DNA of 60,664 bases, filler included, from an uncultured bacterium (GTDB taxonomy: Bacteria; Auribacterota; CAZIXI01), in the NCBI GenBank assembly GCA_964543115.1. It is 4 parts of 4 records of this genome, joined end to end, with 100 filler letters (N's around TTAATTAATTAA, not from the genome) between each part and the next. Parts side by side here need not be neighbours in the genome. Positions count along the whole stretch, not along the records: positions 30,799 to 45,730 come from CAZIXI010000059.1; positions 45,831 to 60,664 come from CAZIXI010000060.1; 2 more parts are not named here. The stretch is one strand, 5' to 3'. Position 1 is the first letter of the stretch. Every line of letters begins with the position of its first letter. The position numbers and the translations under genes are program-made. Under the pieces are notes generated by a model. That model did no database searches and was not told the DNA's origin. It worked only from the letters and a program-made list of their open reading frames with translations. Below are positions 39,701-51,800 of this stretch, piece after piece.

Positions 39701-42700
39701 CTCCCGGTCGTGCGCTTAGTGCCGGATCATATCGATCCTGCGCCTCCGGATCAGCGGAACGATAAGCATCTATAACATATATCTGTTTACCCGTTTCCCG
39801 GTAAAAATCCTCGGCCGCCGTTGCTAATGTATCACTTGCCGATTTCAACGCCCGTCGTTTTTTGCCTTCATTATCGGGTTTGGGATTAACCCTCAAGACA
39901 ACCTCACCCTTACTGTTTTCATGATCCTCCAGGTAAACCAGTGAACTAATACCCAGTTCCCGCCACTCTCCGTCTTCCTTTAGCCGCACAACAATCACAC
40001 CCGCGCCATCGGTTTCCGTTTGTTCACCCAGTACCGACCGCCACTGCGCGCGGAAGCCAAGTTCACTGGCAATCCCCCGGTCAATTTCCGTGCGCGCCTC
40101 TAATAATACTAAATATAGGTATTCATTAATCAACTCTTCCCGCAACTGTGTGTGCAATTCATAATATCTGGCTACGGCCACTAAAAATGCCTGATAGAAC
40201 GGTTCCACCTGCGGCCGCGCCTGCACTAAACTCATTAAATCCAATTGCGCACCGGCCGTGCCCTGTGGGGTAACAATAGTCTGACCAGCCTCATCTTTAC
40301 CGATCACCACGCCCAGCTGCGTTGCCAACTCGCCGGCGGCAGAATATCTCACCAGCGCACTAAGTAGATTACTATAGGCCTCACTAATATCCCTTTCCGC
40401 CTCGCCTAGCACTTCCCTCGCCCGGGGAGAATTCTCCAAGGCATCCGCGATGGCTGTTTCCAAATCAATATTCTCATCACCCAAACGTAAAAACCGGCCG
40501 GATTGTTTGGCCGCATCATCAAGCAGGTAATGCAGTTTAACGGCAAACTCCGTATAAAACGGCAGCGCCAGCTCGCGCATGGCTGCATCCATTTCACTAT
40601 GCGCGTAATAATCCGTTAACCAGGTTTCTGCTGCCTGCGGATCAGCAATCAGTATTTCAATAAAACCCCGCTGATTTTCATCACCCCGGATAATGGTTGT
40701 AATTTCCTCGTCACTTAGATCATACTGCGGCATGGCCAGGATACTCACCAGAATACCAATAAAGGATTCCGGCACCTTATTCAGCAATCCCCGCCGTCTC
40801 AATTCCCGCGTAATTTCCCGGTTAAACCGCTGGTAAACCTCCAGCAGCCGCTGCCGCTGGTCAATGGTTAGTGTCTGCCGGCGGAACCTTTCTGCCGGCG
40901 CCACCAGCGTCCCTTCAATTGAGGAAAAACTTATATATGGTACTCGCTCCTCTTGCTCCGCCTCAGGTCCGGGTAGTTCCACTTCCGGCTGATCTGCGGC
41001 AAGCAGGGCCAGCATTTCTCTGATAATAGCTATCCGTTGGTGCTGATCGCCGGTAATAAAATACTCCGTGATCCTTTCTCTCTCTGTATCAAGATGATTA
41101 ATTTCCTCTAATACCTCCATTTCTTCACTTTCTGTCTCCCGGTAATAAGTAAGGGTATCGCTATAGATCTCACGCATCAGTTCCGGGCTCAAGGCAAAAC
41201 CTTTGAAGAAAATAATGATAATATTCTCTACGGGCAGGCCAGAAACATCCTGGGTACGCTCATAATCGCGGATCAGTGCCGCCAGCGCACTTTCAATATC
41301 CGCTGCTGAAAATCCTCTCTCCTGCAGCAGCAGGTATTCTTCCTGTAGTAATATGAATAATTCATTCAATAATTCCGGCTCAACAAAACTCCACTCCCCA
41401 CAAAGAATATGCGCCAACTCATTAAGATCAAGCTGTTGGTCGTCAGTGAAAATCCGTTCCTGTTCTCCTTCGCTAGGCTGCCAGCTCAGGTTATACCGCA
41501 AAAGAGCCATTACCAGGCTCGCGTCATACTGCGAAGAAAATTCCGTCCACTGCTGCACCAAACCCGCCTCCTCACTTAGATTATCCAGATACAGCTCCCG
41601 CCGGCGCGCATCTGCCTCCAACGGATATAACCGCTCCCTGCTTAACGGCACTAAGCCAGTGAGATCTGGCAGTGGATTTGACTGCAGCATGCCAATGTAT
41701 TCCCTTTCTGTTTCATAGGGCAATCCCCGCGCATAAAGATCTATAATCGCCTGCTGACGAAAATCCGCAAGTATTTCCCGCTCCTGCAGGAAATAATGCT
41801 GCTGATAATAAAGCTCATGATCCATGGATACCAAATCAGTTGAAGACGTACCCGCTAATTCTTCTTCAATACTATTGATAATGGCGGAACGCCCATAAAT
41901 CTCTTCCAGTACCTCCCGCTGACTGGCAGCAAACTGCAAATAAATCAGTTCGGCTGTTTCCCGCCGCAGGCTGGCCTCCAGCTCAACCAGATATTCATTC
42001 ATTTCCGGAAATTTCTCTTGCAGCCCCTGATAAATAGCCGCCGCCCGTTCAATCTTTAAGCGGATAAGCTTTTCTTCCAGACGCTGTTTTCTTTCCGCAT
42101 CCACGGTTAGCTCCATTTTCTCGTTTAACCGGCGGATCTTGCGGTCAAACCTCTTTTCCAGCCGCGGCACCGCCTCTTCATAAACCTGTTTGCGCTGCTG
42201 ATTTTCCCGCATCTCCTCCAACTGCGGCAAAACAGTATTGGCAATATTATTGGTCTCGCTTTTCAGGGAAAAAAGATAGGCCATTTTCGGCGGATAAAGA
42301 GCGGTAAATTCTTTGCGCAATCTGGACAAATTATCTAAATCAATCTCTTCTTCCGCCAAGGCGTCTGTCATTTCCCGTAACAATTCCAGTCTCCGTTGAT
42401 TATCTTCCCGTTCGCTGCCGCTAAATTCCTCTATCCGGTTAATTTCTTCCGCTAACCGCGTACTGGTAACTGCGGCAGTTTGGGTAAGCTGATCAGTCAG
42501 CAACCACTCCTGCAACTCAAAATAGATTTCCCGTTCCGCACTATCTGCTGCCAGTAATTGCATATTCTCTATTTGCTGACTGGAAGAAATAATCTGTTCC
42601 AAGCCGCCGGTCAATGACTGAAACTCTGCCCACATCTGTGCTTCCGCCTCGCTAAAATTCTCTTCGTACCCGCTCAATACCGTTTCATTCTGCTGCTGCA

Positions 42701-45700
42701 ACTGCCGATAAAGATCAAGATAGGATTCAATCTGTTCCAATGGCTGATCAGCAGTAATCATTCCCCTCATTAATTGTCTGACGATTTTATTCTGCTCATC
42801 CAAATCATAGGCACTCTGCAGATAGGCATCAACCTCCCCTTCCATCCGCCAGAGACTGCCCGCCTGTGAGATAAGAAAATCCAGCGCTTCCATCATACTC
42901 TGCGGAACATCCAGCTGGGCCGTGCCTAAAGGAATACCGGCATACTGGCTCTGGCCAATAGCCATCGGCCCAGCAGCCAGCGCCATTGAACCGCCCATTA
43001 ACGGTTTCACTACCTGGTTCATTGCCTTAATAAATTTTTCCGTTGTCAGATTCTCCGCCGCCTTCTTCTGCCAGTTTAACCGCGCCAGGTCCAGGGTTAC
43101 CAGCGCCTGGGTCACTGCCTGCAAAAACGCCGGTTTCTGCATTTCAGATAATTCTCCCGTTACCGCATCGGCAATCCGGGCAATTTCTTCTTCCGCATAA
43201 AACATTCCATTCCCAGGCGGTGTTTCCCGTAATTGCTGATAAAAGGCCGCTAACAGTTCCTGTTCACTGAAATGCTCTTCTAAGATATCATAGGCCAGTT
43301 TTTTCGGATTTTCTTCCCCAGCCACACTCGCCTTAAATTCCTCTACCGTATTAAATAGTGCCGGACCCAACGCCCCTAATCCTACCGGCAAAAGATCCAC
43401 AAACGCCCGCTGAAAATTTCCATCGTTGCGTTTGGCCAGCCAGCCAAAACCACGAAACTGCCGCACCCGCTGTATCCCGCGATAGAGACAATATCCCAGG
43501 CCGGCAGCAATAATCATTAGTCCCAAAACAGAAACAAACTGCGCCAACCAATAACCTACACCCCAGCCAGCTATTAAAGCAATAACCTTCCCCTTCAGCA
43601 TTACCACCATTGTTACTGCCGAAACAGCCGCCAGCCAATGCAGATAGGCATTCTGCGCCAATGCCCGCAGCATAAATGCGAAGCGGGTAAGTTTTTCCCC
43701 TTCCGCCTTTCCTTCTACCAGTTCAGCGGCCTTTGCCGAGCCCCAATCAGTGACCAGTTTAAATGCCGCCTGCAGCATAAAGATAAAGCCCACCGCCAGA
43801 CCCAACAGTTTTAACCCGCCCAATCCGCTGCCGGTTTGCACTGCGGTCAGCAGACCCTCGGCAATTATGCCAGCAGAGGCGGTATTAAGCACAATCAGGC
43901 CGGCACCAGCAGCCAATCCCAGGGTCCAAGATCTTTTACCCGCTTTTTTGCCGCTGGCGGCGCGAAAAATAATCGTCGCAACACCCAGACCAATAGCCAG
44001 CGCCAGCATACCCCAAATCACCGTCAGCGGCCCACCCAGATGAAAAAGCGCCAACCGGATATTAACCGCTAATACCGTGGCTGCCAAACTAATGGCAGCA
44101 ATCAGTCCACCGGTAAAATTACGATAGAGTAATTTAGTAAAACTTGTGGGCACTAAACTTTTACCAAGATGCTCGCGGTTTAGATATATATACGTTAACT
44201 GCGCGGCCACGCCCAAAAGCCCCAGAACCGCAGCCGCAAAAAGAAACTGCACGCCGGAAATAAAAACACTCGCCGGCAGCGCAGCAGTGGTCACAAACGA
44301 GAAAAGAAATAAACCGGCAAAGAAAACAAAGATCATACCCATCCAGGTCAGGGTTTTCTCCCGCAGCCAGGCTGTCAGACTGCCATAATATTGTTTTTGC
44401 GTTAATTGTTCCGGATCGGTAATGGCCAGCGCAGCATTCTGCCCGGTTTCTTTAGCCGCCATTCCCACTTTCTGCACCAGCGCAGTTAAACCCCAGCCAA
44501 CGGTAATGGTTAAGATACTGATAACCACCAGACCCACCGGCCCCAAACCAACTGCCAGCGGCGCGGCAATCTCGGCAAGCAATCCGCCGATAGAAATACC
44601 AGTTGACTGTGAAATAAAATGTAAAATAGCCACCAGCGACATAAGTATCCCGCCGCCAAAAACCATCTGTACATATTTATTAGTAAATAATCCCCTAATC
44701 CGCAATTTGGCGCGAGCGGGTTTTTCTTTTTCCTGAGTAAGCTTATCCAGCAATGCCTGGTTAACCATCCTCGTAGTCAGCCCAAATACACGGGCCAGGC
44801 CCACACCAATCTGTGCACTCAGTTCCTTGTCTATTTTTGTCTGCGTATCTTCATAGAGCCCCTTGGTCATCCGGCTGATATAGGCAAACAACAGTTCCTG
44901 AGAGCTTAATTGTTTCAGGGCCCCGCGGGCAAATAGATTCTGCAGCCGCCGTTTCTTCCAGCCCGCCTCGGAAAGAAACATGGTATAATGCTTATCAACT
45001 ATCTGCAGGGCCTGTTCGGTAAAATATTCTTCGATCCAATCCAGCAGCACATACTCCATTTCCCGTTCATCAGCCTGATCAGTCAACCGCTGGATAAACT
45101 CCGCCGGTACATTCGTAAATCCTAGATATTTATACAGAATAGCCTCTATTTTATCCTGATCATCCCGGTAGCGGTAACAATCCTTTGCCGTTGCCGTTAG
45201 AGTAGTTTTGATCAGGTCCCGCCCCAAACTGCTCATCAATTCCCGAATATAATCTCTATTAAGCAAATTATGCCGGCGGCTGATCTGTTCTATATTGCAA
45301 TCACTCATTAACCGGCTAAAATCCCGCTCCTTTTCCGCCTGCTGCGCGTTAATGCCCTCAACCTGGGCACGCATCTCTTCAATCAGCCCGCGGTTATGCC
45401 TGCGCTCAGCATTTTCATCCTCACTATCTATCAGCAGATAACCGTCTCCAGCAGCCTTGGCGGACAATTGATCAACATAAGCGGAAATATGTTCCCGGTA
45501 TTTTACAAACACCGCGTCCTCCAGTGACCAGAATCCATACCAGGCACCAATCTGCCCCCGCCGGCCCACCCGGCCGCGAAACTGCGTGTCCGTGGCCTCA
45601 AAATCATCGCAATAAGTGGCCACGGCATTCATCCGCGCTCCCTTAAAGTCAATCCCCCGGCCGCCAAGATTTGTGGTTACAATAATCACCCGCGGATCAC

Positions 45701-45730
45701 ACGATATTTCTTCAACAATATCCTTTAAAT
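30799..45730 (-). CDS. Fragment of a giant membrane protein (about 4977 codons, open at both ends): SecA C-terminal half, multi-TM bundle, M15 peptidase, helical and beta-rich regions
   Basis: The frame is open from the contig edge (LKDIVEEISCDPRVIIVTTNLGGRGIDF) to the other edge. The track's stop comes from the linker. SecA motifs V and VI are recognisable; see findings for other domains. Confidence 0.88.
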
Positions 45731-45830
45731 NNNNNNNNNNNNNNNNNNNNNNNNNNNNNNNNNNNNNNNNNNNNTTAATTAATTAANNNNNNNNNNNNNN
45801 NNNNNNNNNNNNNNNNNNNNNNNNNNNNNN
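45731..45830. other. Artificial contig linker
   Basis: 44 N + TTAATTAATTAA + 44 N. Confidence 0.97.
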
Positions 45831-48800
45831 AAAAACACATTTGACTATGACCTGACCAATAAGTTGTCAAAATCCACCACCGATACGGTGGAGACAAGTT
45901 ACCAGATTAAAGATGCTGAGACTGAAGGTGAATTAACAGTAGCAGAAAAAATATCTTTATTTAATTCGCTCAGTTTCGGACAGATCAAGGATTTACTGGG
46001 AATAGGCATAGTGGCTAAGGAAGTAGCTGGAGTTTATTCTGTAGCGCCTGTGCTAGAGGCGATGAGGTTAAAGCACGCGTTTACCACCATAGTTGAGAAT
46101 AAATCCTATGATATTTATGACCGGGTGCTGGAATCCGTGAAGACAATAAAGGATGATTCCGCGGCAGCTGATAAGGTAAGTGTAGAGACCGTTATTAACG
46201 ACTATTATACCCTGGCGGATATCGCGGCGGCGGGACAGGAATATACAGGTAAATATTCATATTTTAATAAGACAAAAGATACGGAGATAACCAGTGAGAC
46301 TATGGACAAGGGAACGGTTGTCGATGTTTACGCGGGGCCGGTGCTGGCGGCAGATAATCTGCCGGGAGAGATTAAGCAGGATGTTGTTTATAATGAAGAT
46401 GGTCAGATAGTCAGCTATTGGTACGAATACCATGGCGACAAGCACATAATCAAGGATGTTGTTTATGATGCCTTGGGGAACGCAACCAGCTATGATGACA
46501 CTTCCGTTGATCAGTTAAGTGTAACTACGGTCACGAAACGAAGCGGTATGATTTACAATCAGTATGGCATGCTGCAGGAATACACGGAAGAATCACACAG
46601 TTCCGCGGCGCCGGCATTGGTTACCTATGTCGCGAAGCAGGATATTGAATATTCCGAAACATTACTTGAGCTTGGTTACACTATGAGTACCGCGAAGCTG
46701 GGGACAAAAGGTGAAGTTGTGGATACCGGGGAAGAGTATCTGGTGAAATTGAGCGATTTGAGTGCGGCGGAGGAGGCGGATCTATTTGCGGATGGTCAAG
46801 CGGTAATTGTTAGGGCGGGGAAACAAATAGCAGTAGCCCTGGAATTAAACGAGCAAACAAATGTTGACCGGGACAGCGGGACAGACGCTGATGGTAATTA
46901 TAAAACACAATATGATGCTTTGGGTAGAGTAGTGGCCTATGAAGAGACAATCACAAATAATGTTACCCCAGGAGTGACAATCCAAAATGCCGTAAGTAAT
47001 ATGACCTATGACGATCAAAACAGGTTTTACAGCTCAGCTACTGTGAGCACTAAAAATGCTGACTGGGATGGGGACGGTACACCCGAAGGCATAATTATGA
47101 AAACAGAAAGAGAGTTTACAAACTATAATAGTTTGGGGCAGGAACATGACTATCGGGAAAATATTGTGAATGAGACTACCGCTCCCGGCGTCACCATTCA
47201 TAACTGGGTAACGGCAATCAGCTATAACAAGAACGGTCAGTTGTATAACTCTAATACGGTAACAGCAAAGGTGGGTAACTTTGACGGTGTAGGAGAAACT
47301 GAGACCATTCAGGAATCTGTTAAGAAGCTTAGTACTGCCTATAATAAGTATGGCCAGATAGCCGGTTATGTAGATGAGATGCGGTCGATTACGACGGCAC
47401 CCGGTGTTGTGGTGACAAATACTGTTACGGATATCGAGTACAATCTAAAGGGTCAACAGCTTAAGTCAGTTACTAATGTTGATAAGCAAGGAGACTTTGA
47501 TGGCGATGGTCTTCATGATCAAATCTACAGCACTATTACTAGGCTGGATACGGATTATGACATAGGCACCGGTCAGGTAACCGGTTATACGGAAGAAATT
47601 GTCAATACAACCACCGCTCCCGGTGTTCTAACAACAAATACAGTTAGTGAAATTAAATACAATGCAAAAGGGCAGCAGGATAGCTCAATTACAGATGTAG
47701 ATCAATTTGGTGATTGGGACGATGCCGGCGGAATGGAACATATTTACAGTCAGATCACAAGGGATAGTACGGAATACTATGCCGATACAGGCATGGTTAA
47801 AGGTTATGTGGAAACGGTAGTTAATGCAACAACAGCTCCTGATGTGGCAATCACAAGCACAGTATCTGATATTGCTTATAATACCAAGGGGCAGCAGGTA
47901 AGCTCGGTAACAATTGTAGATAAATACGGCAATTGGGACGCCAGCGGCGGCAGTGAACATATAATCACAAAAATAGCCAGACTTAATACTTCATATAACA
48001 CGCAAACGGGATTAGCCCTTGGCTATACGGAAGAGGTTATTAATAAAACTTTAACTGAAGCAGGGAATGCCGATTGGGAAACCGATCCTAATGTAAAGAC
48101 AACCAATACAGTAAGTGAAATAATCTATAATGCCGCGGGCCAACAATACGGTTCTGTTACAGTAGCCGATCAATATGGCGATTGGAATGGTGATGGTGTT
48201 AAGGAGCATATTCTGAGTGAGATTACGAGAATTAGCACTGATTATGACAGTGATACTGGACAGGTTGCCGGCTATGTTGAAGAGATAAAGAATTTAACTA
48301 CAGCGGCAGATGTGCTTGTGACAAACACAGTTTCCGATATTGAATACAATGCCCAAGGTCAGCAAAAGGGATCAGTGACGGAAGTGGATAAATATGGCGA
48401 TTGGGACGGGAATGGAGTTAAGGATCATTTGATATCTACAATCACCAGGAAGAGCACTGACTATTACGTGGGCACGGGACAGGTAAAGGGATATGAGGAG
48501 GATGTTGTTAATGAGACCTCCGCGCCTGAGGTTACGGTGACTAATACAGTCAGCGATATGACATATAATAGCAAAGGCCAGGAATACAGTTCCTTTACCT
48601 CTGTCGATAAGTATGGTAATTGGGATGGTGAGGGTGAGGAGGAACATATAATAACCACTATTAATAGGAGCAGCACTGAATATTCTGCAGACACCGGTAA
48701 GGTTGCCGGCTATGTAGAAATAATTGAGGATGTGACAGCGGCGCCGGATGTTACTGTAACAAATACGGTTACGGATATAGGCTATGATGTCAAAGGTCAG

Positions 48801-51800
48801 CAGTACAGTTCAGTAACGCTGGTGGATAAGTTTGGGAACTGGAACGGAGCGGGAGAAAAAGAACATATTATCAGCAGGATCGAAAGGACGCAGGCTTCCT
48901 ATAGCAGTTCGACCGGGATGATGCTTTCCTATGAAGAAGAAATAATAAATAAAACATTAACGGAAGAGGGGAATGATGATTGGGAAACAGATCCTAATGT
49001 AAAGGCGGTAAATAATGTATCCGAAATAATCTATAACAATCAGGGGCAGCAATACGGTTCAATCACGCAAACGGCTAAATACGGCGACTGGGACGGTAAC
49101 GGCGTTAAGGAGTATACATATAAAACCATTACCAGGACAAGCACGGAGTATTATGCCGCTACCGGGCAGGTTAAAGGATATGTTGAGGAAGTGAAGGATA
49201 CGGCTAGTGCGGTGGCTGCCCAGGCGGTAACAACTAGTATGGTAAGCGATATTACGTATAACGCCAAGGGCCAGGAATACAGTTCCAGTACGGTGATTGA
49301 CAAATACGGTGATTGGGATAGTGACGGGGTTAAGGAGCATATAGAGACTTCAATTGAGCGGGCAAGTACGGAATACTATTCTGCTACGGGCCAGCTAAAG
49401 GGTTACGTGGAAGTGATAATAAATACAACCACAGCACCTGAAGCTAGGGTGACTAATACGGTAACTAATATGACATATAACGCGAAAGGGCAGGAATTTA
49501 GTTCTGCCACCACTACGGATAGATACGGGGATTGGGACGGAGATGGCATTAGTGAGCATATATATTCATCTATAACCAGGACAAGTAGTGATTACTATGC
49601 TGACAATGGCCAGTTAAAAGGTTACGTGGAAACCGTGGAAAATACAACAACAGCGCCGGGCGTAACGGTGACTAATACGGTGACAGATATAGGCTATAAC
49701 GTCAAGGGACAACAATATAGTTCAACAACCACTGTGGATAAATTGGGCGATTGGGATGGAGACGGTGCTAAGGAACACATTTACACAACAATTGTCAGGA
49801 CCAGTACAGCATATCATTGGGACACAAATCAGGTTATCGGCTATGTTGAGGAAATAGTGAATACCACTGCTTCTCCGGATGTGACCGTAAAAAATACCGT
49901 TTATGATATGAAGTATAACGCCAAGGGTCAGGAATACAGCTCAGTGACCGAAGTTGATAAATATGGCAACTGGGATGATATTGGGGGTAAGGAGCATATC
50001 TATACTACGATTACCAGGAAAAGTACGGATTATGATGCCGCTAGTGGACAGATTGAGGGTTACGTAGAGGAGGTAGTGAACATAACAACTGCCAATGATG
50101 TGACCATAACCAATACAGTAAGCGGGATGACTTATAATGCCCAGGGGCAGGAATATGGTTCAACCACGGAGGTTGATAAATATGGTGATTGGAACGGGGA
50201 TGGGACCAAGGACCATATATATACTACGGTTACCAGGGAAAGCACAAGTTATTACAGTGACACCGGCCAGATTAATGGTTATGTCGAAGAGGTGGTTAAC
50301 ATAACAACTGCCTATGATGTTACCATAACAAATACTGTAAGCGAGATGACCTATAATGCCCAGGGCCAGGAATACAGCTCGGTCACGGAAATTGATAAAT
50401 ACGGTAACTGGGATGGTGTTGGCGGCATGGATCATATATATACTACGATCAACAGGCAGAGCACGGATTATTACGCTGATACCGGTCAAATTAGTGGTTA
50501 TGTTGAAGAGGTGGTTAATACAACAACGGCGCCTGAGGTTGCGATAACTAATACGGTTACCGAGATGAAATATAATTATAAGGGCCAGGAATTAAGTTCC
50601 AAAACAGAAGTGGATAAATTCGGCAATTGGGACGGTGTTGGAGAGAAAGAACACATTTATACTTCGATTGATAGAACTGCCACTTTCTATGATTATCAAA
50701 CCGGCCAAATTACGGCATATAATGAAAAGATTGTGAATACAACTACGGCGCCGGATGTGGAAATAACAAATAATGTATCGCTGATAAAGTACAACGATAA
50801 GGGGCAGGACTATAGCTCGAAAACGGAGACTTACCAATATGGAGATTGGGATCATGATGGTGACAAGGACTATCTGATCACAAAATCAGAAAGATTAAGC
50901 ACGATATATTATGCCGGTACGGGCTTGGTCCGAGGCTATACGGATGAACTGGTTGATATAACAGTATCGCCCAGTGTTACTACCACAAGCACAGTGACAA
51001 ATATTGGCTATAATGCCAAGGGGCAAGAGTACAGCTCAATAACCAATATAGATAAATTCGGCAATTGGGATCTTAGCGGCGGAAAAGAGCATATTTATAC
51101 CACGATTACCAAAACAAGCTCTGATTATGACGCGGATACGGGACAGTTAAGCGGCTATGTGGAAGAAGTGGTGAATACAACTACCGCTCCTGAAGTAACG
51201 ATAACAAACACATTAAGCAATATAACCTATAATAGTACAGGGCAACAATATGCTTCTACTACAGTAACGGTACAAAATGGCAATTGGGATAATAGTGATG
51301 ATGGATCAAAAGAGGATATTCAGACAACGGTAACCAGAAAGGGCACGGATTATGATGCGGAAAATGGAATGGTGATTGGTTATGAAGAAGATATTATTAA
51401 TAACACCACTGCCCCAGATGTGACCACAACCAATACGGTAAGTGGGATAACCTACAATTACAAAGGGCAGCAGTTTAGCTCAATTACCGGGATGGATCAA
51501 TTTGGCGATTGGGACGGGGATGGCGCGAAAGAGCATATTTATAGTACGATAACCAGAACAGAAACCTATTATTGGGCAATTGGCCTGGTGTATGGTTATT
51601 CTGAAGATATAGTAAATACCACAGTTGCACCTGATGTAAGCATAAATAATCAAGTTGCCAATATCAGGTATAATGCCAAGGGCCAGGAATATTCATCTGA
51701 CACTACAACGGTACAGGTGGATGATTTTAATAAAGACGGCATAGCTACTGATCAGATTAGTACTACAGTGGAAAAGCTCAGCACAGATTATTATGCCGCT

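Noticed and set aside
40640..40830. Lytic transglycosylase (SLT)-like start EITRELRRRGL..VPESFIGILVSI in the SecA giant
   Set aside because: No catalytic ES motif or GLMQ motif follows at the expected spacing.
42880..43020. Internal signal-peptide-like stretch (KPLMGGSMALAAGP) after the TM bundle
   Set aside because: The hydrophobic core is short and cannot be distinguished from chance without a predictor or homologs.
44800..45730. Housekeeping secA gene
   Set aside because: The motifs are strongly diverged (the ESRRIDNQ-type stretch reads DFEATDTQ), and the frame continues into TM helices and more than 4000 further residues.
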